Shown here in pieces: positions 1 through 10,627 of a DNA stretch of 64,000 bases. This DNA comes from Chiloscyllium plagiosum. Taxonomy: Eukaryota. Made by a program: the position numbers and the translations under genes. The DNA is taken from positions 19,045,387 to 19,109,386 of the forward strand of contig NC_057751.1 in NCBI RefSeq assembly GCF_004010195.1. Direction: 5' to 3'. The notes beneath the pieces are model-generated. The model saw nothing but the letters and a program-made list of their open reading frames with translations. It did no database searches and was not told where the DNA came from. The number at the start of each line of letters is the position of its first letter. Within the stretch, counting starts at the first letter, position 1.

Positions 1-12
1 TCAGTTGCACAC

Positions 13-156
13 AAACAGAAAAGTTACTTTCAGGGTGAAACAGAAAAGTTACTTTCAGGGTGAGACAGAAACTGGAAGGGGGAGGGAAGAGCATGAAATG
101 AGGAAGTAGGGAGCGAAGTTGCTCCTGAAATCTTGGAGCCGGAGGACTTTTTGGAG
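13..156 (+). promoter_or_regulatory. Putative UNC93B1 promoter and short non-coding first exon, with ISRE-like and IRF-Ets composite motifs
   Basis: 25-bp direct repeat at 13-37/38-62 creates GAAACAGAAAAGT (37-49, GAAANNGAAA core). GAAATGAGGAAGT (95-107) matches GAAA-N3-GGAA with a PU.1-type GAGGAAGT. Candidate donor GAG|GTAAC at 156/157. The ATG exon at 1797 has a splice acceptor, so an upstream exon is required. Confidence 0.45.
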
Positions 157-694
157 GTAACAACCAAGCGGGTTTGAAATGTTTGTCCAGGCTCTGGGGT
201 GAACCACTCTTGTGTCTGCCCTCACGCTGAACAGAGGTTGGGCTGCTCCTTCAAAAACACTGCAGCCAGGTTTTTAGGCTCAACTGCAACTCGAAAACTG
301 TCTCCGGCTTCACTGAGAAACCAGGAGGCAAGCTATTGGAGCACAAGCTCTCAACTCTTCCCAGAGACAGAGTCTATGCAGTGAATTGCTGCTGAACCCT
401 TCCTGACCGTTACCAATGGCCTCCTGGATCACTGTTGCCCTCCGGAGCAAGATTTCCGTCCTCTTCTACTCACCATTGCCTTCCCCGAGCAGCCCAGGCA
501 CTTAACAGTATCTCTGCTGGCTTTCTGCTTGCAGCAGTGGGTTACCCACAGGGGAGGAGCAGACAACACCTCGGTGTAGCTCTCTCCTGCAAATCTATGC
601 CTCCCAACAGTGGGCCGCCCTCTCGGACAGTGGGGTGCCCCCCACCCCCAGCGATGCCTGTTGAATAGTGGTGCCCCCTCGGCAATGTCGGTTG

Positions 695-1560
695 GATGAT
701 GGGGTGGTGCCTATTGGACGGTGGGCTGCCTGTTGGGCGATGCCTGTTGGACGATGGGCTGCCCCTTGGGTGGTGCCTGTTGGACGGTGGGCTGCCCCTT
801 GGGCGATGCCTATTGGACGATGGGCTGCCCCTTGGGTGTATTGGACGGTGGGCTGCCTGTTGGGCGATGCCTGTTGGGTGGTGGGCTGCCCCTTTGGCGA
901 TACGTGTTGGACGGTGGGCTGCCCCTTGGGCGATGCCTATTGGACGATGGGCTGCCCCTTGGGCGATGCCTATTGGATGGTGGGCTGCCCTTTGGGCGAT
1001 GCCTATTGGACGATGGGCTGCCCCTTGGGTGGTGCCTGTTGGACGGTGGGCTGCCCCTTGGGCGATGCCTATTGGATGGTGGGCTGCCCCTTGGGCGATG
1101 CCTGTTGGACGGTGGGCTGCCCCTTGGGCGATGCCTATTGGACGATGGGCTGCCCCTTGGGTGGTGCCTGTTGGACGGTGGGCTGCCCCTTGGGCGATGC
1201 CTATTGGACGATGGGCTGCCCCTTGGGTGGTGCCTGTTGGACGGTGGGCTGCCCCTTGGGCGATGCCTATTGGACGATGGGCTGCCCCTTGGGTGGTGCC
1301 TGTTGGACGGTGGGCTGCCCCTTGGGCGATGCCTATTGGACGATGGGCTGCCCCTTGGGTGGTGCCTTTTGGACGGTGGGCTGCCCCTTGGGCGATGCCT
1401 ATTGGATGGTGGGCTGCCCCTTGGGCGATGCCTATTGGACGGTGGGCTGCCCCTTTGGTGTCTGTTGGATGGTGGGTTGCCCCTTGGGCGATGCCTGTTG
1501 GATGGTGGGTTGCCCCTTGGGTGATGCCTGTTGGACGGTGGGCTGCCCCCTCGGTGATGC
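695..1560. repeat. 33-bp GC-rich minisatellite, about 26 copies, with degenerate flanks
   Basis: Unit approximately GATGCCTATTGGACGATGGGCTGCCCCTTGGGC. It explains the 11-aa periodic ORFs in four frames. Two variants alternate over part of the array. Confidence 0.95.
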
Positions 1561-1814
1561 CCTCTGGACAGTGGGCTGATGCCCCTCGGATAGGACAGTG
1601 TCCCCTTATGGATGCCTGCCACTTGCTGGGCTGATGCCCTTCGGATAGTATGGCGCCCCCCCCGCCCCCCCCACCTTGGCGATGCCTTTCGAAGAGTGGG
1701 CCGATGCTCCTCGGACAGAGTGGTGTCCCACTGTTGCTGACCTAATTTTTCTCTCTCTCTCACTCTCTCTCTTTCTTTTCCCCCAATCCCCAACAGCCGT
1801 GCGTTGCCTGAGTA

Positions 1815-1898
1815 ATGGAGCCAGATACGATCGATCACCATGATGCCCAGCAGAATGGGATGGCGGCGGGCGAGCAGGATGACCACTTTGACGCTCAG
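1815..1898 (+). CDS. UNC93B1: UNC93B1 first coding exon (MEPDTIDHHDAQQNGMAAGEQDDHFDAQ)
   Basis: Polypyrimidine tract plus CAG acceptor ending 1796. ATG at 1815 in good context (gtaATGG). Phase-0 donor CAG|GT at 1898/1899 joins in frame to the recognisable next exon. This N-terminal peptide is itself poorly conserved. Confidence 0.7.
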
Positions 1899-2354
1899 GT
1901 AGCCTTGGGGACCTCGTCTCATGGCGCAATGCCCCTGTGCCATGTCTGTGCCCCCTCTCCCATCTTGCTGGGTCAAGGGGCAGGCAGGATCTATTCACCC
2001 CCTGAAACGCTGCCTTCCAGCTGAGTGGGCTGGGATGGCTTAGATTCGGGGGACAGGGTTCAGTCACTGCCTTTACCTGTCTCATATGTCTTTCAATGAG
2101 AGGTTAGTGGAGCGGGAGTAGGCCATCTGGCCCATCAGGAAAGCTCTAGTGTGTCCATCCGATAACCCCACAACTGAGTTTCCTGCCCCCTCTTTTTTTT
2201 TCCCTTCTGACCCTCGATTCCCACACTGGTTCGAAATCTGTATTTTCTTTTTCTTAACCTTGCCAAAATACCGTGCGACCCAGCCTCAACAGCTCTCTCT
2301 GGTGGGGGGGGTTCCACAGACTCACTCCCCACTGAAAGAGGAGGAGGTGAATTA

Positions 2355-2642
2355 CTTTGGAGACCCAGCTTCGAATGTCGCCCTGGCAGATGGTAGCATT
2401 TGGAGTAAATAATATCTGTAGTTAAGAGTCTATTCACGTCGTTGAGTGTCACGAAAAGCCCACTGGCTCACAAATCCCCATTCGGGAGGTAAACTGCCAA
2501 GCTCAACTGGTCTGGCCTACATGTGACTCCAGACCCCAGGCAATGTGATTGACTCTTAACTGCTATCTGGACAATTGGGCATGGGTAATAAACGCTGGCC
2601 TAGCCAGAGAGGCCCTCATCGAATGAATAAAGAAAAAAGAAA
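2355..2642 (+). mobile_element. Degenerate SINE with a LINE-derived 3' tail
   Basis: Ends in GGGTAATAAACGCTGGCCTAGCCAG...GAATGAATAAAGAAAAAA. A similar tail ends the LINE fragment at about 28440-28760. Confidence 0.55.
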
Positions 2643-2808
2643 TTCCTCCACATCTTTAGTCTGAGATTATACCCTCTGATCCGAGACACTCCCACAAGGA
2701 GGAACAAGCTGCCTTGTTATGTCCCCTAAGAATCTTACCACCCCTCCATACCTAGTATTTAACACAGTGATCACTCTACCAGACTCTCTCTCCCAATGTG
2801 CCTGTTTG

Positions 2809-3431
2809 TTAGATTAGTTTCCCTACAGTGTGGAAACAGGCCCTTTGGCCTAACCAGTCCACACCGACCCTCTTAAGAGTAATCCACCCAGACCAACATC
2901 CCTCTGACTAATGCACCTAACACTAAGGTTAATTTAGCACGGCCAATCCACCCTAACCTGCACATCCCTGAACACTATGGGTAATTTAGCATGGCCAATC
3001 CACCCTAACCTGCACATCCCTGAACACTATGGGTAATTTAGCATGGCCAATCCACCCTAACCTGCACATCCCTGAGCACTATGAGTAATTTAGCATGGCC
3101 AATCCATCCTAACCTGCACATCCCTGAGCACTATGGGTAATTTAGCATGACCAATCCATCCTAACCTGCACATCCCTGAGCACTATGGGTAATTTAGCTT
3201 GGCCAATCCACCTTAACCTGCACATCCCTGAACACTATGGGTAATTTAGCATGGCCGATTCACCCTATCTGGGAATTTTTGGACTGTGGGGACCGTGACC
3301 CGGAGGAAACCCACGCAGACATGGGGGGAATGTGCAAACTCCACACAGACAGTCGCCTGAGACTGGGATCGAATCTGGGACCCTGATGCTGCGAGGCAGC
3401 AGTGCTAACCACTGAGCCCAGCGTGACGCCC
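2809..3431 (-). mobile_element. HE1-type V-SINE with internal 52-bp tandem expansion (6 full copies plus 1 partial)
   Basis: tRNA-like head at about 3431-3360 and CR1-like tail (GGGCCTGTTTCCACACTGTAGGGA...CTAATCTAA) at 2809-2850. Units start at 2930, 2982, 3034, 3086, 3138, 3190 and 3242. Confidence 0.9.
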
Positions 3432-3606
3432 ATTAGGGTCTGTCTTGCTATGTCTGCTTGTTACTTCTTGTTCTTTCTGCTCCCTTCCCCCTCTCTGCCT
3501 CATCCCCCATTCTGGTTTCAAAATTTTAACCCAAATTTCTGCCCGTTTTCCCATCGCTCTTCTCCCCCCGACACTGCTGATTTTGTTTTGTTTGCACTGG
3601 GGACAG

Positions 3607-3748
3607 ATTGACGACTTCATGGCCCCCAACCAGGATTACAATGAGGAGGAGGAGGAGCGGAAATATTTCCGCCGAAAACGTCTGGCTGTGGTGAAGAACG
3701 TGGTGTCTGCCAGTCTTGGCAGTTCTCTCACCTACGGAGTCTATTTGG
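3607..3748 (+). CDS. UNC93B1: UNC93B1 second coding exon (IDDFMAPNQDYNEEEEERKYFRRKRLAVVKNVVSASLGSSLTYGVYLG)
   Basis: Matches the vertebrate UNC93B1 signature YNEEEEERRYYRRKRLGVLKNVLAAS...LTYGVYLG. CAG acceptor at 3606, G|GTGAGT donor at 3748/3749. Confidence 0.93.
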
Positions 3749-3776
3749 GTGAGTTGCAGTCCTTGGGGAGAGGCAG

Positions 3777-4401
3777 GGGCAGCATGGTGGCTTAGTGGTT
3801 AGCCAGGTTCGATCCCCGCTTCGGGCGACTATCTGTGTGGGGTTTGCACATTCTCCTTGTGTCTGCGTGGGTTCCCTCCGGGTGCTCCAGTTTTCTCCCA
3901 CCATCTAAAGATGTGCAGGTTAGAGTGGATTGGCCAAGCTAAATTACCCTTAGTGCTCAGAGATGTGCAGGTTAGGGTGGATTGGCCGTGCTAAATTACC
4001 CATAGTACTCAGGATGTGCAGGTTTGGGTAAATTGGCCGTGCTAAATTACCCATAGTACTCAGGGATGTGCAGGTTACGGTGAATTGGCCATGCTAAATT
4101 ACCCATAGTGTTCAGGGATGTGCAGGTTAGGGTGGATTGTGCATGCTAAATTACCCATAGTGCTCAGGGATGTGCAGGTTAGGGTGGATTGGCCGTGCTA
4201 AATTACCCATAGTGCTCAGAGATGTGCAGGTTAGGGTGGATTGGCCATGCTAAATTACCCATAGTGCTCAGGGATATGCAGGTTAGAGTGGATTGGCCAT
4301 GCTAAATTACCCATAGTGCTCAGGGATGTGCAGGTTAGGGTGGATTGGCCGTGCTAAATTACCCATAGTGTTAGGTGCATTAGTCAGAGGGAAATTGGTC
4401 T
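3777..4401 (+). mobile_element. HE1-type V-SINE with internal 52-bp tandem expansion (about 9 copies), cut by the assembly gap
   Basis: Head GGGCAGCATGGTGGCTTAGTGGTTAGC. Units start at 3911, 3963, 4014, 4066, 4118, 4170, 4222, 4274 and 4326. Confidence 0.9.
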
Positions 4402-4901
4402 NNNNNNNNNNNNNNNNNNNNNNNNNNNNNNNNNNNNNNNNNNNNNNNNNNNNNNNNNNNNNNNNNNNNNNNNNNNNNNNNNNNNNNNNNNNNNNNNNNN
4501 NNNNNNNNNNNNNNNNNNNNNNNNNNNNNNNNNNNNNNNNNNNNNNNNNNNNNNNNNNNNNNNNNNNNNNNNNNNNNNNNNNNNNNNNNNNNNNNNNNNN
4601 NNNNNNNNNNNNNNNNNNNNNNNNNNNNNNNNNNNNNNNNNNNNNNNNNNNNNNNNNNNNNNNNNNNNNNNNNNNNNNNNNNNNNNNNNNNNNNNNNNNN
4701 NNNNNNNNNNNNNNNNNNNNNNNNNNNNNNNNNNNNNNNNNNNNNNNNNNNNNNNNNNNNNNNNNNNNNNNNNNNNNNNNNNNNNNNNNNNNNNNNNNNN
4801 NNNNNNNNNNNNNNNNNNNNNNNNNNNNNNNNNNNNNNNNNNNNNNNNNNNNNNNNNNNNNNNNNNNNNNNNNNNNNNNNNNNNNNNNNNNNNNNNNNNN
4901 N
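4402..4901. other. Assembly gap of exactly 500 N
   Basis: Round-number N run, typical of an unsized scaffold join. The left flank is a SINE and the right flank an unrelated CR1. Confidence 0.97.
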
Positions 4902-5320
4902 GTCCCTCATGATTTTATAAACCTCTACAAGGTCACCCCTCAGCCTCCGACGCTCCAGGGAAAACAGCCCCAGCCAGTTCAGCCTCTCCCTGTAGCTCAG
5001 ATCCTCCAACCCTGGCAACATTCTTTTTCAAGGAGCTATGAACCTGCACTCCAAGGTCTCTTTGTTCAGCAACATTCCCTCGGACCTTCCCATTAAGTGT
5101 ATAAGTCCTGCTAAGATTTGCTTTCCCAAAACGCAGCACCTCACATTTATCTGAATTAAACTCCGTCTGACACCCCTTAGCCCACTGGCCCAGCTGATCG
5201 AGGTCCTGTTGTAATCTGAGGTAACCTTCTTCTTACACCTCCAATCTTGGTGTCATCTGCAAACTTACTAATCATACCTCTTATGCTCACATCCAAATAA
5301 TTATATAAATGACGAAAATG
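4902..5320 (-). mobile_element. CR1-clade LINE ORF2 3' fragment
   Basis: Translates to MLPGLEDLSYRERLNWLGLFSLERRRLRGDLVEVYKIM and to the KFADDTKIG RT motif. Confidence 0.9.
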
Positions 5321-5529
5321 ACTTGATGGGCCGAATGGCCTGCTTCCACACTGTAGAGATTCTACAAAAAGCTCAGTAGGTCTGGCAGTGTTGGCGAACA
5401 GAAATCAGAGTTAACACTTTGGGTCTGATGACCCATGCCCAAAACGGAGGGTGGTGGGGAAGAAGTTGGATTTCTTTTTCATGTAGAAGATGGGGGTTGC
5501 GGGGGAAGTAGAAAGGGAGCCCAGTAAAG

Positions 5530-7280
5530 GAGAGGACAGTTTCAGACTTAATATTCTGAAAGGAGCCCATGTCAGTCAGGGGAGCGTTTTGGAAATAGCG
5601 ATCATAACCCAGTTAAAATTTAGGGTAGTTATGGGAAAGGATATAGATAGGCCAGGAATTAAAGTTCTACGCTGGGCATAGGCTAATTAAAGTAAGATAG
5701 GATCCAGTTTGGCCCAAGTGGACTGGGAGCAGATAAAACCGTGTCGGAACAGAGGGAAGCATTCAGAGAGGAAGGTACACAAAAGATTTACCAGGATGTT
5801 GCCTGGTATGGGGGGGGGGGGGGGGGGGATTTTAGCAATGAAGAAAGGTTGGATAGACTGTGTTTGTTTTCACTGTAATGCAGGAGATTGAGGGGTGACC
5901 TGATAGAAGTTTATAAGATTGTGACTGTGTGGATAGAATGGAAAGTATGAGGCTTTCTCCCAGGGTGGAGGGGTCAGTTACACAGGGACACAGGTTAAAG
6001 GTGCGATGGGGGTGGGGTGGGGAAGAGTTTAAAACAGATGTGTGAGGCACTTTTTTCATACAAAGGGTGGTGAGTGACTGGAACACACTGCCAGAGGTGG
6101 TGGTGGAAGCAGACACAACAGCAGCTTTCACTTGGAGGAATACTTGAACGGGAAGGGAACAGAGGGATATGGATCCTGTAAGTGAAGACAGTTTTAGTAT
6201 GGAAGGGTAAAATGTGTCGGCACAGGCTTGGAGGGCCGAAGGGACCACAGGGGTGCTGTTTTGTTCCATGTTCTAGGAACTAGTCAGTGTATGGGGCAAA
6301 TATGTTCCTGTGAAGTCAATGGATGGGAGTTATGGATGTCAAGGTGTATAAAGGTTAAGTTTAAGAGATGTTTATGGCAGATGCTGAGAGCTCAATATGG
6401 CAGAATCCCTGGAGGAGTGTAAAAAAGAGCAGGACTTACAAAATACAAAGGGAAGGTAACAGAGTGCATGAGAAAGCTTAGGTGGATAGAATGAGGAAAA
6501 TACAAAGGGTGTTTTTAAATATCTCAACATCAGGAAAGTAACTTGGGACAGAGTAGGGCCCATCTGGGAATATCGAGGTAATCGGTGTACAGAAAGGTAT
6601 GGGCATAGTCCTTAGTGATTAATTAACAATGGAAAAAGGCAACACAAATATAGACCTGTAGGGGACAGGACTGTAAAATAATAGACAGAATTAACAGAGA
6701 CAGAGAGGTCTCTGGCGCTGTGAGGCAGCAGTGCTAACCACTGTGCCACCGTGCCGCCCAATAAGAGAGAGTGAGTGTATGGGAGAGAGAGAAAATGAGA
6801 CAGAATGATAGAGCAAGAGTGGCAGAGAAAGTGAGTGTAAGTGAGAGAAAGAGGGAGAGACAGTGAGTGAGTAAGAGAAAGAGTATGGGAGAGAATGACA
6901 CACAGAATGATAGAGCGAGAGTGTGAGAAAGCGTGAATATGAGAGAGAGAGAGAGGTATGTGTGTATGAGAAACACAATATTAATATGTTCAACAGCCTT
7001 GGAAGTGGGTAAATCTGCAGGCCCGAAAGAGATGTATCCCCAGGTTGTTGGGGGAGGTAAGTGAGGATATACCCTCTCTGGTGCTGATGGACTGCCAAAG
7101 TTGTCCTATTATTAAAAAAATGGAGTGAGGGAGAGACCCAGGAACCTACAGGCCAGTAAGTCTAATCTGGGTGACTGGGAAGTCATTGGAAAGAATTCTG
7201 AGGGACAGAATGTATTGGCGCTTGGAGAGACATAAATTCATCATGAACAGTCAGCATGGATTTGTTTAGGAAATGTTTGC
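5530..7280 (+). mobile_element. Cluster of degraded CR1 fragments interrupted by a SINE head (about 6710-6760, minus) and a GA-rich tract (about 6760-6975)
   Basis: KRFTRMLPG and RGDLIEVYKI-like 3' end (5775-6245). YRPVSL-like pre-RT segment (about 7140-7260). Confidence 0.7.
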
Positions 7281-7289
7281 AGATATCAA

Positions 7290-7550
7290 CGGGTGGCTCT
7301 CAGTGGTTAGCACTGTTGCTTTGCAGCACTGGATACCCAGATTCAATTCCAGCCGCAGGCAACTGTGTGGAGTTTGCTCATTCTCCCCATGTCTTCGTGG
7401 GCTTCCTCTGGGGTGCTCCAGTTTCTTCCTACTTTCCGAATATGCGCATGTTCAGGGGGGGGAACTGTGGGATTATGGGGATAGGGTGGGGTCTGCATCT
7501 GGAATGCCCTTTCCAGGGTTGATGCAGACTCATAGGTGGAACAGACCCCA
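7290..7550 (+). mobile_element. Degenerate HE1-type SINE
   Basis: CTCAGTGGTTAGCACTGTTGC head and TGTGTGGAGTTTGCTCATTCTCCCC V-domain. Confidence 0.7.
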
Positions 7551-7654
7551 CCAAAAGTGCTCCGCCATTCAATAAGATCATGGTTGATGTTTTCACGGAC
7601 TCAACTTCACTTACCCGCGCTCTCACCATAACCTCAATTCCTTCACTGTTCAGT

Positions 7655-7901
7655 TATTGTCTCGTAGTTAATATATCCATTATTCTGCTAAGTTTTCCAA
7701 TATAGTTCTTATTCCTTATTTCTTTTGTTGTATTTTAACTGTAGTGTATGAATAAACTGTTTTGCTTCAAGCCTGGTAGTTTGGCCAACTGAATTGCATC
7801 TGGAATGCAACACCTTACAATTGCCTTTAAGATGGGAAAAATGTTAGTGTCCAGAAAATCTTCCGAATATATTTTGAGGGGGTTTGGTCTGGTCCACAAC
7901 A
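7655..7901 (+). mobile_element. Possible LTR 3' fragment
   Basis: AT-rich stretch with AATAAA, ending ...GGTCTGGTCCACAACA (terminal CA). No partner LTR or TSD seen. Confidence 0.3.
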
Positions 7902-8277
7902 ACTCTCATTCTTGAAATCAGTCTGACTTCCACGAGGGGGAAAGGTGGTGGAGGAAGGGGCTCGTCTGCATTTCTGCAGCACCTTCAGGCACCACCACCA
8001 ACTTGGCACAGCAAGATCCCAGATGCAGCAGTCAGCCTTCACCTGCCGTCCAAGCCCGAACTTCCTCACACCCACCTTCTTCACAGTCCAGGGCCAGACC
8101 ACCAGAATCCACAGAAATGTTCAGACCATCAGTCGGCCGGCCTGGTGGAGTCTCTCCTCCAGCGATGGGATCGATGTCAAGGCCACATCGGGGGGGGGGG
8201 GGGTGATGGGGAAATGGGAAGAAATCGGGGGTCTACACCAGCTGGAAATTTCCACTCAAGGTTGGTCAAGCAGGAGG

Positions 8278-8560
8278 CGAGAGAGAGCGAGAGACACAGA
8301 CAGACAGACAAAGAGAGAGGAGAGAGATAGAGAGAAAGAGACAGGCAGAGACACCGGCACAGAGAGAGGGAGAGGCAGAGGGAATGAGAGAGAATGAGCT
8401 AGAGGGAGATGGGAGCAGAGGGAGAGACAAAAGAGAAGAGACAGAGAGAGGATGAGCAAGAGAGAGAGAGATATAGAGAGAGACACACAGAAAAGGAGGA
8501 CAGTGAGAGCAAGAGAAGGACAGAGGGGAAAAAAACGAGGGCTAAACAGAGAGAGAAATA
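8278..8560. repeat. GA-rich low-complexity tract
   Basis: Degenerate (GA)n/(GACA)n. Confidence 0.9.
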
Positions 8561-9686
8561 AGCCCTCTGCAGTTTCCCAGTGAAAAGAGTTTTAGGGAGG
8601 TCATTAATCACTGATCTTCAACCTGATCATTAATCTGTCATCATTAATCACTCGTCATCAAACTGATCACCCATGCCGCATCATTAACCTGATCATTAAT
8701 CATTCATCGATCTGATCAGTAATCACTCGTCATTAATCTGCTCTAACCCGGTCACTCTCTTTCCCCCCACCCCACCCCACCCCCCTCCCCCCACACACAC
8801 ACACACACACACCCAAAATGAAACACAAAGAAAGCTGATTATCAGGGATATCAAAATGCAACCATAACCTTTTATCTTATAAAAACAACTCAGCCAGTCT
8901 ATTCCCTAGTTGACCCCTTTGAGAAAGGAAAGTTTGGATTGGGGGGGGGGTTGAATTGGAACAGTGAAAGATAAAATCCCCACATCCCCTAATCGAGCAG
9001 AGGGGGGTGACAAAGAGTAAGGGTTGTCATGTGGACAAGTTCCTTCCATGACCCGACCTCCCTCAGAGTATACTTCAAATGGAAAAACGCCCAGAGCCAA
9101 CTTGCGCACAGCAAGATCCCACAGGCCAGCAGCACTACGAGATGAATTGTGGAGGTGGAGGTATCTTCCATGCTCACTTGGGCTGTGTCATCTTAAACCG
9201 GGAGATGCTGAACTCAGTGTGGGGACTGAGGAACGACAGCTCAGCCTAGGCTCCGCCAGGCACCATATCATCCAGCTAATGTCTGACTTATAACTAACTG
9301 AACATATAGAAGAGTCTGGGACATGTAGCTCTCTCTGCAAACCATGCCCCTGCTCTCCCCCCCCACCCCCGCGATATTATTACATACCCTAATGGGCTGG
9401 ACCATCCCAACCAAGGGAACCTGAAACCACACCAGCTCTCTTTTGAGACTCTTCAACCTAGTGATTTCTGGGGGGGTTAAAAATACCTTGTAAACATTTC
9501 AAAGGGTGTGTGCACGTGTGGATCTGTCTGTGTGCCTGTGTTTCTGTCCAAGTATCAGCACGCAGGCGTGCATCTGTGTTGGCCTCCCGTGTGTGTTTTT
9601 GTATGCATTTGCGTGTTCGTATGTATCTCTGTGCTTGCTTGTATGTGCATCTGTGTGCACATTTGCATGTGTGTCTGTACATGTGT

Positions 9687-10627
9687 ATTTGGAGAAGAAT
9701 TATAGGAGGCACATTAAGAAGTTTGCAGATGACACCGTCATTGGTGGTATAGTTAACAATGAAGGCGGCTGTTTTAAGATTAGAGCGGGATCTTGATCAA
9801 TTGGAACAACGGACTGAATAGTGGCAGATGGAGTTTAATTTGGCTAAATGGGAGGTATTACGTCTTGGTAAAACAAACAAAGGCAGGACTTAGAGAATTA
9901 ATGGCAAGGCCCTGGGTAGTGTTGTGGAACACAGACACCTCAGGGTTCAGGTACATAATGCTTTGAAGCTTGCTTCACAGGTAGACAGGGTGGTTAAGAA
10001 GGTGTTTAGCATGCTTGCCTTCATTGCTTAGACCCATAGAGTATAAGAGCTGGGACTTCATGTTGATGTTGCACAGGATGTTGGTGAGGCCTCTTCTGGA
10101 ATACTGTGTCCAGCTCTGGTCATCCTGTTATAGGAAGGATATTATTAAATTGGAGAGGATTCAGAAAAATAATTACCAGGATGTTGCCAGGCATGAAGGG
10201 TGTGAGCTATAAAAATAGGCTGCAACTGTTTTCACTGGAGCATAGGAGGTTGACGGGTGACCTTATAGAGACTTTTAAAATCAAGAAGGGTATGGATAAG
10301 GTGAATAGCAAAAGGTCTTTTCCCTAGAATGGGGAAGTTCAAAAGTAGAGGCCACATTTATAAGGTGAGAGGAGAAAGATTTAAAAAGAACATGATTGAT
10401 ACCTTTTTTTTTGCACAGAGTGGTTTGTGTATGGGATGAACTGCCAGAGGAAGTGGTAGATGAGGGTATACTTACAACATTTAAAAGACATTCAAACAAG
10501 TTCATGAAGAGGAAAAGTTTGGAGGGATATGGGCCAAGCGCAAGCAGGCAGGACTAGTTTAAGTTGGGAACATGGTCAGCATGGACTGGTTTAACCGAAG
10601 GGTGTGTTTCCATGCTGTATGACTATG
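9687..10627 (+). mobile_element. 5'-truncated CR1 LINE (RT C-terminus to 3' end) inside a TG-rich tract (9505-9686 and 10628-10820)
   Basis: KKFADDTVIGG, LVRPLLEYCVQLWS, TRMLPG and RRLTGDLIETFKI motifs, with frameshifts. Confidence 0.92.

Noticed and set aside
668..1976. Four long ORFs (267-388 aa) with Cys/Trp- or Arg/Pro-rich repeats
   Set aside because: They are translations of the 33-bp minisatellite. The unit length is a multiple of 3 and lacks stops, and there is no domain or splice support.
695..4370. CRISPR-like appearance of the 33-bp and 52-bp arrays
   Set aside because: Units are contiguous with no unique spacers, there are no cas genes, and the context is eukaryotic.
4326..5096. 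ORFs running through N stretches (also 18956-19649)
   Set aside because: Artefacts of assembly gaps joining SINE and CR1 sequence.
7827..9300. Possible further UNC93B1 or SLC39A5 exons
   Set aside because: No frame resembles either protein and no convincing splice-site pair was found.
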